A DNA stretch of 64,000 bases from Camelus dromedarius. Its lineage: Eukaryota. The DNA lies in NCBI RefSeq assembly GCF_036321535.1, contig NC_087436.1:5766001-5830000 (forward strand), read 5' to 3'. Below are positions 27,537 to 41,138 of the stretch, piece by piece (within the stretch, counting starts at the first letter, position 1; each line of letters starts with the position of its first letter). The notes under the pieces were generated by a model. It did not search any database. It saw only the letters and a list, made by a program, of their open reading frames with translations, and was not told where the DNA came from. The translations under genes were made by a program, and so were the position numbers.

Positions 27537-28495
27537 TTTTATTTTAGAATAACTTTAGATTGATAGAGAAGTTGCAAAGAATAGTGTAGAGCTTTCCCCC
27601 GAATCCCACACTCAGTCTCCTGTATTGTTAACGTTTTTCATGTTTATAGTACGTTTGCCACAATTATGGGACTGACACTAGTATGTTACCATTAACTCAA
27701 CAGAACTGTTTATGCTTATTTCACTAGTTTCTCCATAACGTGGTTTTTTTCTATTCCAGAATACCATCCAGGATACACTATTCCATATTGTGTTCATTGT
27801 TGTATCTATTCACGTGTCACATATTACATAAAAGGATTCCTCATGTGTCTTTGGCCTCCCCTGGTCTACGACAGTTTCTCAGACTTTCCTTGTTTTCGAG
27901 GGGTGTTGGTCAGGTCTTCTTGTAGAGCGACCCTCAGCATGGGTGTGTACACTGTTTGTCTCATGTCGTATAACTGGAGTGACAGGTTTTGAGGATTAAG
28001 ACCGGAGAGGTGAAGTGTCCTCAACACCTCACATCCAGGGCCTGGTCTCTCCACTTGAAGTGTCAATAATGAGTCTGACACTGATTGTGAGGCTGGGCAG
28101 TGTTACTAGGTTTCCCTACTGGAAATCCCACCCTCGTTTCTGACCTCACTCTTGGGAAGCAAGTCCTTAAGCACAGCCCTTGCTCACGGGGTGGTGAGTG
28201 GTGGTCCACCTCTTTGGGATGTGGCAGGGGGCCATCTACATAAATCATTCAAAATTTTTTTTTGTATGGGGGACTGTTTCTGTCCCATATGCTAAGTTAT
28301 TCTATTATTTATTTACATCATGATTGACTCGGGGATTTATCTGACACTCAGCAGTACTGTACTAGTGAGTATAAAATACTCATATGATTTAATTCAGTCC
28401 CACCGTACTTGGTTGTCCAGATTGTTCTACCTTTGCACGCTGGCTGCCCTTGCAGCCGAGCGCCTCTGTCCCTTCGACATGACCCCATCAGGGTA
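27537..28495 (-). mobile_element. L1MC/L1MD-like 3' UTR
   Basis: ttttattttagaataactttagattgatagagaagttgcaaaga.., acagtttctcagactttccttgtttt and gaggtgaagtgtc are typical of these 3' ends. Confidence 0.8.
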
Positions 28496-29198
28496 CCTCT
28501 TTAAGCAAGTTACACAGGCTCTTTTAATGGAAGACTTTGTGAATGAAAGTAATCGGATTAACTGAAAGTGACTGAACTCACGAGTTTTGCTCTAATATTT
28601 AGTCCAATATTCAGTCTAAGAACAAGCATAAGTTTGTGCCCATGTGCACATGTGGGTGTGTATTACAAAACCACCAGCTTTTTGTGTGCAAAGCAAAATG
28701 GCTGATTTTATCTCTTCTTCTGTGACCATAGTCCTGTTCATTGTTTGGGTCCTTTCCAGTGATGCTTCGTAAGACCCAGGTTTTTGTATGAACCGGTAGC
28801 TATTCTTAGTCTCTCTTTGTCACTGCAGGAAACAGAAACTTGAACTTTAATTATGGCTCCTCCTGCCCCACTCCCAGGCTCTGTGTATCTGCTGGGGATC
28901 CAATGCAACCGCCAGACACAGACGGTTTGTTTCTGCCACAGAGAGTCTTCTCGTTAGTAAATCGTGCACATAGTTTTAGTCTTTCTCCTGACTCTGCTAC
29001 CCAGGAAGGGAAGAGTTCTGTAGGCCTTTGTATTTTGGGCCAGAAAGAGCTATTTTCAGATTGGGTCAGATGTGCAAGTTCTTGGGTTAAGGATTCTCTA
29101 ATATATTTTATTGGAGAAAATCAAACATTCTTCAGAGGCCTGCGGGCCTATTGAAGAACCTTTTTTCTAGAGCCAGTAGGTTTTAAGGAAGGGAGTTA

Positions 29199-29508
29199 GA
29201 GTTGGCCCTTTGTTTTCTGAGAGTCCTGTGGATTCAACCTACTGCAGACTGAAAATATTATAAAGAAAACATCCAGAAAGCTCCAAAAAGCAGACCTTGA
29301 GTTCATGTCATGTCAGCCACTATCTACATGGCATTTACATTGTAGTACATATCATAAATGATCTAGAGATGATGTAAAGTGTGCTGGAGGATGTGCAGGG
29401 TTATATGCAAATGCTACATCATTTTATGAAGAGACTAGAGCAACTGCAGATTTTGGTCTCCGGAGGGGGTCCTGGGAGCGATCCCCGACGGACGCTGAGG
29501 GAGAGCTG
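29199..29508 (-). mobile_element. MER2-type TcMar-Tigger MITE
   Basis: Reverse of the MER2 consensus: atctagagatgat..gaggatgtgc..ttatatgcaaat..gattttggt..gggtcctgg; TA at both flanks. Confidence 0.88.
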
Positions 29509-29852
29509 TATTTGATGATCTCTAAGGTAAAGAAAGTGCTCAATTAGCAGTGAAGAGTATAGATTTGTCATGAGTCCCCCACAGGCAGAGAAGTCATGGT
29601 GGAGGGACTATCTCATAGATCACCAAGTCACAACAAGTACTTCCACTGAAAAATAGTCCCAAGAATCAATAAGGGGTAGTGTTTTGAGGCAAATTTAAGG
29701 ATAAAACCCCAGGCTTTAGATGGTAATATGGGAAAAAGGGAGACTTCAAAGATTATGCTCAGAGTTTTAGATCTTGTGTGTTTATTTTGAATGCATAAGA
29801 CTTTCTCAAGTAGACTGATCTCATTAAAAAACAGACTCCTTCCTTAGCTGTT

Positions 29853-29993
29853 GGACAGATATAAAGCTTCAGTTATGCAAGCTGAGTGTGTTCTAGAGAT
29901 CCATTGTGCAACACTGCGCCCATAGTTGGCGGTATCGTATTGTGTACTTAACATTTTTTTAGGAGGTTAGATCTCACGTTAAGCATTCTCACC
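29853..29993 (+). mobile_element. L1MB-like 3' UTR fragment
   Basis: ttcagttatgcaag..ttctagagatc..tattgtgtactt..agatctcacgttaag. Confidence 0.7.
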
Positions 29994-30505
29994 TGGGTCT
30001 CTGGTTACCACAGTCAGCAAATATCTTACCAGCAGGAGGTGATTAAATTATTAATTCGCTGGTGTGATGATTGATTGAAGATTGGTTAAGTTGATGAGAT
30101 TATACATAATTAATAGAGGACTTAATTACTATTAGCATCCGGTAGCTTAGTAAACACTGCTTATGATAAACTGTGGGAAGGGAAGTCAGAGAGGCGTTGG
30201 TAGGTCTGCACTGATCTGAAAATCCGTGAAGTACCTACTGTACATTTTCCGTATTCATTCCCCACCTTTCCTGCCCTCCTCCATCCCAGCCTCGGGTCCC
30301 CCTCTCCCAGACATCCTTCTGCCTTCGATAATAGTAAAACCCTTGTTCTTATTCTGTCTCTTACAGAGAAGCACATTCTTTTTGGTTTTTAAATGATGTA
30401 GGACCTCTTTGTTTTACTAGCAACTCATTACAGCTTATTATGAAAGGCTACATTACTTGACAGTTCTGAAAAATAAAATCCTTGTGAGCTCTGAAAATAT
30501 AATCC

Positions 30506-30635
30506 CTTCAGTTCAAGTATTTTATTCTTTCAATAAGAATGGAATTTTTTTTAAATGAAGAGTACATCTTCAATTCAGGTATTTTATTCTTTCAATAATA
30601 ATGAAACTTTTTTTTTAAAAAAATGAAGAGTCCAT
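30506..30635. repeat. Local tandem duplication, two units of 62 and 68 bp
   Basis: cttcagttcaagtattttattctttcaataag..aaatgaagagtacat followed by cttcaattcaggtattttattctttcaataat..aaatgaagagtccat. Confidence 0.9.
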
Positions 30636-32304
30636 CATTTAAAATGAAATATGTTCATAATTCTAATGGAAATTATAGCATAAACAAATGTTCTGACCTT
30701 GAACCTTTTTTTCTGAAATAGACATTCTGCTGACTCCTAGTTTTACATTTCAAATGTGATTCATCCATTGGGAATGTAACAAAATGCATTAAAATCACAT
30801 ATTTCAGATTACACATATTACATGTTCAATTTAAAAACTGGCAAGTGATGGTTTAAACAAGTACAGAGGGGATTACTCTTAATAAAATTCAAGCTCAAGC
30901 ACGAAGCGTAGATAGTGAATAATTTCTAGCCAGCAATTCCCTTTGCAAATGTCTGGATTCCGCCTGGGCATTTCCTGCACATTCAGAGCTGATCACAAAG
31001 CTCTTCAATTAGCACCAGAGGACATTGTCAATGGAGAAAAAGGGCAGCAGTGTCACTTGGATGCAGATGCTTCTACCAAGGACAGGCGCGACCTCACGCC
31101 AGCCTGCACAGACAGCAAGCTTGTTCCACGTGAGAGACTTACACATTAAGGGAAGACTTGGGGTATTTGCAACACGCTTTTCAGTATTCATTAAATCGGG
31201 GGAAAAAACCCATTTATTCTTTCCTCCATCATTTTTTGGGAATCTTACATTCTGTCTCTTTGCATCACATTAAGCTCTAAAGGGCGGGAGGTTATTTCAT
31301 TCAGATCTAGCAAAATATAGGATCTTAGTAACTAGCTCATGCCAAAAAGGATTTATGATGATAAAAGTTCAAGCATTTATGCTGGCAAGAGTGAATTTCT
31401 TCGCTGCATACACAAATGAGATGTTAATTAATTATTGTACAGAGCCATTCATTATTATTGAGACTCACTTCCTCTTAATTTCTACAAAAGCCGATTCTAT
31501 TTAATTAAGGCCAACAAGAAAGGTCAAATGAAATGCTTACATGCTTATAACGTTAGCTACCATTCTTGTGTTTTTTCATTATATAGTCTTTGAAATACGT
31601 GTTGATGTTTTCCACTTGCATTTGTGGCAGAATGAATTTTGCTAAAACATATTTGATCTTTTTAAAGATCGTCGTCTGAACCACTCTAACATAAATTTAC
31701 TGTAAAAAATCTCATTATATTTCACGGACTTGTCATATTATATTTTATGTATTAGCTTGTTTTTCTGCAAGTAAAATATTGCCATTGACAAATGAACTAA
31801 GTCTACATTAATCAAATAGTAACATGACAAATGGATTTAGCCTTCATATAGTGGCACATTTTTGGTTGGTAATTTTTATAGAAATTTTTTTAACAGAACA
31901 TCTGAGACAGTGTACTTTTACCAATTCCTCCATTGCAATTCTTCCAAAGTAATAATGAGAAACGTAAGTTGGGCTACTTCAGACATGTCTGTGAGTCATG
32001 CTGGAACTCATTCAAATTACTGTGCTGTAGAACCTCGTTTGCTTAAATTACAAAGTTTAATTTTTTTTGGCCTGACATAATGTATTTGTGAAATTGATTC
32101 CCATTATTCCACCCCACCCCCACCCACCTTGCCATGGGGGACCATTAGCTCATCGAAAAATTTGTATTCCTAATTGATTTATTTTTTCTGTGGAGGAGAT
32201 GCATCAATATCTTGAAATATTCTTGTACAGTTCTGCAAACTCTCAGAGGAGCATACAGAGTCGATCCAGCAAAAGAAGGCAGATTTTTTAATTTATTACT
32301 TATT

Positions 32305-32384
32305 GATTTATTTATTTTTATTGAAGTCTAGTGGGTTTACAATGTTGTGTTGATTTCTAGTGTACAGCATAGTGATTCAGTTAT

Positions 32385-32456
<72 letters not shown>

Positions 32457-32503
32457 CTTTTCATATTCTTTTTCATTATAGGCTATTACAAGGTATTGAG
32501 TAT
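32305..32503 (-). mobile_element. Short lineage-specific L1 3' end with (CA)n(TA)n
   Basis: ttttattgaagtctagtgggtttacaatgttgtgtt..tgtacagcatagtgattcag, same family as 26172-26952; microsatellite at about 32384-32453. Confidence 0.88.
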
Positions 32504-34166
32504 TTAGATTAGAGCAAAAATCTCATTAGTTTGAAGGAAGAGCAAAGGGAAGAAGGGTAGGTAACTCTCCTCTGCTGGCAGGATGCTGTTTCATCAGAGG
32601 TGGCAGCTCATCGTGGAAGGGCAGGTACAGCAGACCCGACTCTTTCTTACTCTCACCTATAGACTCTTCAGACGTTCACTGTGACCAGATGCCCAGGATG
32701 GGAGACAATTTCATCAGACCCATCCTACAGGTGGGCTGAACGACATCACAGTCTCACTCAGAGAGTAACTGTGGATGACAATGAAGAATGTTACTTCTCC
32801 CACGGGTTATAATCTGGTGTGTGATGGCGTCCACCTTCCCTGTGGGAATGAATGAGCAGGGGTGTGGTACCCACTGTTTCTGGTGTAGTGTCCTCCTGTC
32901 TCACTGATTCGCCGGACCTTGTACAGAACACAGACATCATCACAGGAATGAAGTTCTGCGTCAGCTGAAGTGTTGGAGTGCGGTGGAACCTAGAATGGGT
33001 CAGTGGAGAAAAGGAGATGTTCAGAGGGCTGTCAGCTGCTCCCCACAGCAGGAGACCCAAGGGGCATGTTATCTTGGCCACCACACCCTCAGACGTACTT
33101 GATACCTCTTCCTTAATTTCTCTATCTTAACATCCCAACTTTAAATTCTGTTCCTCAACCATGTGATTATAAAAGAAATGTATGCTACCTTTTACTTCCT
33201 TTTAACATTTTGATTATGTTACTTCTGAATTTTCTTTGTTCACTTTTCATTGTACGTGAACAGACTGTAAGTACTTGGCCCTATGGTTAAATAAATTGAA
33301 TATATATTATATATATAGTAGTTTCATCTTTCAGTGCCTGTTGCCTGAAGTTCATCCTCTCTCTTACAAATGCTCTTATGGGATGCTTCCTCATGGTGAG
33401 TAAAAATATTATTGCTTTATATAATAAAACTAAACTTTGGTTGGATATAAAATAATTTTGTCATAAATTATTTCCCAGGCAACTCCATAGCCATTTGATG
33501 TCTTTTTGCACAGAATGTTACCGTGGAGAAGTCAGGCCACAATTTTTTGCATACCTCCCATTATAAGTGGTGGGTTAGGATGTCTGAAAGCTTATCTTTG
33601 AAGTCCAATAACTTGACTGCATTGGTCATCTAAGTCATTTTTCTCCGTTCAACTATCTGTCCTTTGTAGTTTTAATTTCAAGGCTAATAGCATTTTTGAG
33701 AACATGTTCTTTATATCTTTGGACATTTCTTCTATTTTGTTTATTTAGCTCTTGTCTTCAGTGACACTGATTCTCTGTAAATTGTCTTCTTCTATATCTG
33801 TTAATTTTATTTCTATTTTTAAATTTTTCTCATACTTGGCCTTTATGGTCACTCCTGTATTTTTAGTAGAATCTTCTCCTTTTTGCACTCTTGAATGTGG
33901 TTTTAATTTCTGCAAAGACTGTACTTTTCTCTCATTTCTTAAGCTCAACTTTCATTCCATCTGTCATTTCATGGATCTTTCCTGATGACTAATCTGGGCT
34001 CTTTTTAAACAAAATTGTGAGTGAATCCTTGCCTTTTGTCTTAATTCAGGACAATATATTTGTTCACATTTTTCATCTGCTTCATGCCAATATTTTCCAA
34101 GTCAATACTCTGTCTGCCATGTGTTTTTCCTTTTACTGTTATGTTCTTTTAAAAAAATGTAGATCC

Positions 34167-34683
34167 AGAAGTTGTGTTATATTTATACAACGGAATACTA
34201 CTCAGTCATAAAAAAGAATAAAATAATACCATTTGCATGGATGGAATTGGAGATTGTCATTCTAAGTGAAGTAAGCCAGAAAGAAGAGAAAGAAAAATAC
34301 CATACAATATCTCTCATATGTGGAATCTTAAAAAAAAGAAAAAAAGAGGACACTAATGAACTCATCTACAAAACAGAAACAGACTTGCAGACATAGTAAA
34401 CAATCATGGTTACCAGTGGGGGGAAGGGTGTAGGAAGGGATAAATTGGGAGTCTGAGATCTGAGGATACTAACTACTATATATAAAATGGATAAACAAGA
34501 AGTTTCTTCTGCATAGCACAGGGAACTATATTCAATATCTTGTGATAACTTTTAATGACAAAGAGTATGAAAATGAATATACGTATATATATGCATGACT
34601 GGGACATGATGCTGTACATCAGAGATTGACACATTATAATTGACTATACTTCAAAAAGAATTTTTTAAATAAATAAAAATATG
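34167..34683 (+). mobile_element. 5'-truncated lineage-specific L1 with TSD
   Basis: ORF2 end (YIYTTEYYSVIKKNKIIPFA), full 3' UTR and A tail; flanks aaaaaaatgtagatcc / aaaaaaatgaagatac. Confidence 0.92.
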
Positions 34684-34804
34684 AAAAAAATGAAGATACT
34701 CTGTTAAGACCTTTAAATATAGTCATCTTTGACTGAGAATAGATCTTTTGTTTATAAGAAGTTCATTTGAAAGAAGCACAGAGTCTAGGATAAGTACCAC
34801 CAGG

Positions 34805-34974
34805 ATTTTTTTTTTTTAATTAGTATAGTCAGTTTACAGTGTGTTAATTTCTGGTGCAAAGCAGTATGTTTCAGTCATACATATACATACATACATTCCT
34901 TTTCCTATTCTTTTACATTATAAGTGACTACAAGATACTGAATATAGTTTCCTGAGCTATACAGTAGAAACTTG
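34805..34974 (-). mobile_element. Short lineage-specific L1 3' end
   Basis: poly(T), then aattagtatagtcagtttacagtgtgttaatttctggtg..aagatactgaatatagtttcctg. Confidence 0.88.
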
Positions 34975-36564
34975 CTAATTTTTGAGCATTCCAGGCCAAT
35001 TGCATGGAAAACCGTTGCATATGGGAAGTGTCTTTCAGCCTTTGCTTCCTCCCGGATTGCAGAAGTCTGGCTCTTTGATGCTGCTTCTACTGCATCCTTT
35101 CTTCTCTGCTCCACCTTGCTGACGAGGGGTTCTAAAACTGTGCCACATCAGTGTCCTCATTTCACCCTCCTACCTACCCTTCTCCTATTACCAAAAACAC
35201 CCGGGGGAATGCCTACCAATGCTGTCTTCACCCTCTTCTGCACATCACCTGCTTTGTCTGAACTGGAGCCACGGGTGTCCTCCCTGGCTGTCTTGCCACA
35301 CTCCTGTTAAAGCTTCACACGTTTGCCAGCTTTTCCCTGTTTAGTCTTATTGGGGTTGCAAATGTCCCCTGTATTTTTGGAGTCTGTTTCTTCATTTACT
35401 TATTAAGTTCGGATTCATGCTGAGTGGAGAAGAATGGAGAAACATAATACTTTGTCACTTGAACCCCATCATTTTATTCAAGACATTCTAGGTGTCTTGT
35501 CTCCTGATGAAGGCTTCTTCTCAGACTGGTCCACAGCAGGAGAGCTGAGTTTGCATGCTTGCATGCGAGAGCTGTTTTCTCTTATGGTTTACAACAACAT
35601 TAAGACACATTTTGTGTTCAATTTCAAATCATAAGCCTGCGTTTATATACACTGTATCAAATGACTCACCAGATGTTGAAATTGTTCCCTAACAAAAATT
35701 CTTGTTCAGTTTGTGGCGTTACTTTTCCTTTGCAAAATTGTCACTGATCTCAAGAGATCTGAGCTGGAAGGAACTGTCTTGAAGCATCCTTATCTCCAAT
35801 ATTAGTTTTTCCAAACAACGGTTAATCCTGGGGTGCTTCTGCAGTTTTACTGTGAGCAGCTAATCTTGCGTGAAGAACTCAAGAGTGGAGGAACTGAATG
35901 ACTCATGTCACCAACATGGCCATGGGGATAGTAGAAGCCAAGTAGGCAGAAATCGTACCTCTTTAGTACAGATGCAAATTATGATGCATTTTGTAAAGAA
36001 GAAAGCTGACTCTTTGGAGGAAAATGAAACTTGTACGTAGCCTCAGAGATAAAAAGAATAGAGCAAGATTTACCACTGGGTGTCCTGACTTCCTGTGCTC
36101 ATTTTTGGTGTGCTGAACCCCTGTCCCCTTCCACGGCCCCCAGCAGAGATTACAGGAGCACGCCTGTCGGCGAAAGCCCTGTTACTCCCCAGGGAAGCTG
36201 TATAAACCACCATCTTTCTTTAAATGAAATCTAACTAGGCCAGTACAACCTCGATAGGTTTAATTGGGGCAGGGGGCAGGGGTTGATCATTTATTTCTAA
36301 GCTTTTTATCTGATTCAACAATAAAGGAGCATTTAGTCTTTTTAAAAATTCGACAGTCTTCTCACTAAAATCATTTAGTTATTGCCTTTTATTATCTGCA
36401 GGGAGGAATGAAATCTGACAACTCTTTTCTAATATTTCCCATTGAATATCCATTCTCACCTTTTTCTGCTTGAAACTTCTTCTCAAATAGATTGTAGTTT
36501 TTCATATTTCACTGATTTTCAATTATCCTTTAAAGGAGTGTAATACTCCGGCATATTTTTAGAA

Positions 36565-36571
36565 TTTTATT

Positions 36572-36623
<52 letters not shown>

Positions 36624-36700
36624 TGGCAGTACTGGGGATGGAACCGAGGACCTCGTGCATGCTGACCACACACTCTACCACTGAGCTACACCCTCTCTCC
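36565..36700 (-). mobile_element. vic-1-like SINE with (TTTA)n tail
   Basis: gtactggggatggaaccgaggacctcgtgcatgc..ctctaccactgagcta is the reverse complement of the SINE head. Confidence 0.9.
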
Positions 36701-37138
36701 TTGTGTATTTGTAGTCTCAGTGGAAGTCAGCTCTGAGCAGCACAAAGAGAAATGACAGGGAAAAAAGGCCTGTGGTGAACATATTTTGTCACAGCTTCCT
36801 TAACTAAATAAGAGTCTGTGTATTATTCAGCAAAAATTTATTAGATGCTCATTTAATGCACCACCTAAGGGGCTGCAATAAATAAATATATGTGCGATAA
36901 ACCTCTCTCATTAAGGCAATCGAAAATAGGACATAACATGAGTATTGTCAAGGCTAATTAGTAACATTGCACATTCTCTGATATGAGTCAGATTTATTCC
37001 ATCACAGTCACTAGATAGGGTGACCAAGTTTATTGAAAATTCTTTAGACTTATTCCCGATAGATTACTGCTCATAAAAACTAACAAACTCTTCTTTTCAT
37101 GATTTAACTATCTTTACCTGTTTCTCTGAGCCCAGAGT

Positions 37139-37407
37139 TGAATTATAAATAATATAATTATTATTTATAATTATATATAATCATATATATTATATATTAT
37201 TATCTATACGTATATATTATTTATAATTATATCATGAATTATAAATAATATACATATATTGAATTATAAATAATATAAGTATTTATAAATTATAAGTTAT
37301 ATAAATATAAATTATAACTAATATAAATATTATAAATTATATAACATAATCAAATATAATTATGATTATAAATTATATGAATATAAATTGTATGAATTAT
37401 AAATATT
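37139..37407. repeat. Near-pure AT low-complexity tract (ttataa/aattat units)
   Basis: Directly visible; very few G or C over about 270 bp. Confidence 0.95.
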
Positions 37408-38254
37408 GTTTCTATTCAGGTTAGTTTCGGCATTCCCATATGAACGCCCTCCGCGCTTTCCCTGGGAACACAAAGCTGGACTGGGAAGCTCCAGAGCCCA
37501 AGCAGACACTCTGACGTGCGCCCTGGAAGAAAGAAGGAAAACAGCCAATCTTCCGGCAAGACCCAACAGACCAGCTGTTCTTAGGCAAACATGATCGTTT
37601 GCAACGAACTCGCAGCTTTCTTCTGGAAACCATACCCCTGGGCACAGGAGGCAGGAGGGACTGTTTCTGGTAACCTTGCTGGTCGTTTCCGGAACTTTCT
37701 GCGTCTCTGAAAGACCGCAGTGGGTGTGAGACCAACCGCTATCCCTGACCTTCAAGGTCAAACCTATCCCACGGTTTCATTAGCGCCTAGCTGTCTGTAT
37801 TAAATCCTTTACTTACTGAAATATCCTAATGTGCTCTCTTTTATTGGGTAAACGCTGACTGGCAGACTGCCCAGAGAGCAAAAGGACAGCAAACACAGCC
37901 AACTGTGTCCATGAAATATCTAACACCGCACTAAAACCATTTGAAGAAAAAGAAAGAATGAGAGTAGCAATGACAAAGAGTCTGACTATTATTATAAGAT
38001 TTTGAGAAACGAAAAATCTACCTAGGAAATCAGTGGCGAATTTGACCATCAGGAGACGCATGCGATTTATTACTATCTTGAGACAATTACAATGAAATCG
38101 GTGTATATATTGGGATAATATGAATTTGATAAGCCTTATTGCCTACAGGAACACTGTGAAAACTTCCATGCCGGGCCACATGCTCCATAGATGTCAATGA
38201 ATAGCAGTCTCTCTCCTTATCTGTGTGCTACTGAGAGTCCCGTGAGTTATTACA

Positions 38255-38460
38255 GAAAACACTTTTGGAGTCATGCAGACCTGACTTTGAATGCTGGCCC
38301 TATCACTTATTAGCTGTAAGACCCTGAGTAAAGTTATGCAGTTTCCCTATTTAAAACTGCTTACTTTTCTTTAATGGAATAATATTTTAACTTAATTTAT
38401 AGGGTGGGTATAAGAAATAAATGAGGCAACGTGCATAAAGAGCTTAGTACAGTGCCTATG
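38255..38460 (+). mobile_element. MIR SINE
   Basis: ttttggagtc..agacctg..tttgaat..cacttattagctgtaagaccctgagtaaagtta..cagtttcc..gcttagtacagtgcct. Confidence 0.8.
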
Positions 38461-39532
38461 TGCCTTAAATGTAAAGTAAACCACATTATTGATATTATAA
38501 TATTATTATCTCTCTTTCTGAAATCAATTATGCACATCTTTTTCTGTGAGCCGTGAGGATTGGGAGAAATAGCAGTATTTTAATGTCTTCATGTTGAATT
38601 GCTGCATAGCATGTAGTTAACACAAAAAATTATAATTACTATCCTAGAAAAAGTGAATTATCTTACGAGATTTTTGTAAAGATAAAATTATACAAGTCAT
38701 TTTAAGCACTGAACAAACTTTTCATGAATAAAAATCTCATTAAATAGTACTGCAGTCCATATAGAGAGAGCTAATGAACTGCCTTAAATATAGCCCCAAA
38801 AGACACTATCCTGATGGAACACATTCAGTGTTCTCCAGTGTCTACCAAGGCAGAGGGAAAAAAGAACATTTAAAAACAGAACAATATAAATAAAGAATTT
38901 TTGAAATTAAAAAATTAGCGCCACTCACTTTTTCATGCAATTACTCTGTTTCTCTTAATTTACACTTACCTTTATTTGTATTGTGCTAATTTAGTATTTC
39001 CCTCAATTCAAGTGCTCACATATTGTGTCCACCAAAAATATGGAAGGTAAATTGGTATTGACATAACACCTCCCCAGATCAGAATAAAGTCTGGAGAGGA
39101 AATTCGTCCTCAGATGCAATACTTTTGCCATTAAAAAGACTGGGAAAGTTTTTCTAGAAGACTGCGAAAGAGACAGAGTTAACATAAAATGTGGTTTGAT
39201 GAAGACTAGAAATAAATTTATTCTTCTTCAGTACATGATAGAATTTCAGAGAACATCGTCACGTAGCAAAAGAAGCAAGATTCTCTCCCTGTTCCTGATC
39301 TGCCATGTAGAGGGTCTTTAGAATTTCTCTGCTGGTGTTACCGGCCGGGGCTGTGAGTTTTCCGTTACGGGACAGCTGCAGAGCTGGGGGGTCTCTAAGA
39401 ACAGTCTCACCTAGCAGTCTCTCTCCCAAAGTTTATGATATTCAACTCTTTTTGATTGTACAGTCTAGGAATGAGAACTTTACAATCATCATTATTATTG
39501 TTTTGTTGCTATTTGCTGGCTATTTAAAAAAA

Positions 39533-39645
39533 TTTTTTTTGAGGGTAATTAGGTTTATTTACTTATTTGAATGGAGGTACTGAGGATTGAACCAAGGACT
39601 CATATATGGTAAACACACACTCCACCCCTGCGCCATAGCCTCCCC
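39533..39645 (-). mobile_element. vic-1-like SINE, more diverged
   Basis: ggtaattaggtttattt..ggaggtactgaggattgaacc..cctcccc. Confidence 0.85.
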
Positions 39646-39962
39646 ATCCTTACACACACACATACTCTCAAAATATCTTCCTTAATAAGGAAGTGTGTGT
39701 GTGTGTGTGTATTTTTTTTAACTCTGATAGTGTCAGTGAGGAAATAGACTGAGTTTTCAGAGAAGCGTTAAGACCATGTGCAGACAGTAACTCTGGCCTG
39801 GATGGAGGTGGCTGGGCATTCAGGAATAGTTTTTGGAGTATGGTGTGTTTTTCAGAATTATTTCCAAACTTTTCTTATCAAGAACAAAATCCTATTAAAA
39901 TAATTTTTATTCAACAGAAGGGGGAAATGTGTTAAGCAAAGGGATACAGCTGTGAAGCCAAA

Positions 39963-40073
39963 TTATTATTTATTTTTAATTTAATTTTATTTATCTTAAT
40001 AGAGGTGCTGGGATTGAACCCAGGACCTCATGCATGCTAAGCACGTGCCCTACCACTGAGCTCTACCCTCCCC
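39963..40073 (-). mobile_element. vic-1-like SINE
   Basis: gggattgaacccaggacctcatgcatgctaagc..ctaccactgagct..ccctcccc. Confidence 0.9.
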
Positions 40074-40963
40074 TACGTTTGCTATTTAGCTACTAATTTC
40101 TTTCTGCAAATAAATATTTATACTTAAGGGAATTTTAAAGAAGATGTGCCAACCTAAAAAAAACAATGACTCCTATAATGATTACCAGAGATTGATGGAG
40201 CCCTCGTTTTATTAAAAAATTCTAGTTTAGGCAATTTTATATTTGAATGAAGCTTCTTCCTCCTTCATTCCTTTATGGGGATAAAATCATCAGCTTGTAG
40301 TGAAAACAGAAATGATAATTACAAATGCCCTTCTTTGTAGAAAGACTGGTATATTACGGAAGAACGAAGATTCAAATGTATCTTATTAAGGAAGATATTT
40401 TCAGAGTAGATAACTTGATTTAATCCAATTCCAATTTTAAAACCCAGCCTTTAGCTTTGGGATATTGGGTTCCATTCAGTGGTGTGAAAATAATGTGTGT
40501 CTATGTGTGAAGTTCATTAAACTCACCAGCAAACTTAGGAAACAGTTTTTTAATTTAAAATGTTCATCAAAGTATGGTATGCTGGTTAAAAAATGTATTT
40601 TTAATTCCATTTTACCTCCTTAAAACTTTCACTTCAGTTCAGAAGAGTATTTTAATATACTCAAAGTCACAACTTGGTATTTCAGTATTTTGAAAATATA
40701 AATGTATTTTTCATATATTTAATAATCAATATCAGGAAGAAGAAAACCTTGTTGCCCCAGCACAATAAAGTGAAATGATTAACCATTAGACTGGATTAAA
40801 CGTCAAATCAAAAGTGACTTCCCTGTCTGTCTGTCTCTGTGTTTGTCTCTCATCCTCCCTTCTTCTCTCTGTTTTTTAATGAATTAATGAGCTCAGCTAA
40901 TGTGAGAACCAGGAAGCACTTACCAATAATCTTCTAAACTTTGCAAGTGTCTTGATGCCGTTA

Positions 40964-41138
40964 CAGTGGCTTCTTGGTATCTGAGGCGGAGGTGGGGGGA
41001 AGTGCAGGGTGGGGACTGGTTCCAGGACCCACTCAGTGCCAAAATCCACGGGTGCGCAAGTCCCTTTTATAAAGTGTTGTGTTCAGTGGATCCTCCCTAT
41101 CGGTGTTTGCAGAATCTGCCAATATGGAAGATTGACTG
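40964..41138 (+). mobile_element. Short MER2-related TcMar-Tigger MITE
   Basis: TA|CAGT..ACTG|TA boundaries; ggttccaggaccc..ccaaaatccacgg..caagtccctt resembles the MER2 5' portion. Confidence 0.75.

Larger units (their letters stand above)
33130..35440 (-). mobile_element. Old L1/HAL1-like ORF1-region fossil, interrupted by two younger L1 3' ends
   Basis: Minus ORF 33745-33948 (..IKLTDIEEDNLQRISVTE) resembles L1 ORF1 (DIEDRSRRSNLRIIGVPE); antisense phrases ttggttggatataaaat and tggagaagtc. Confidence 0.55.
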
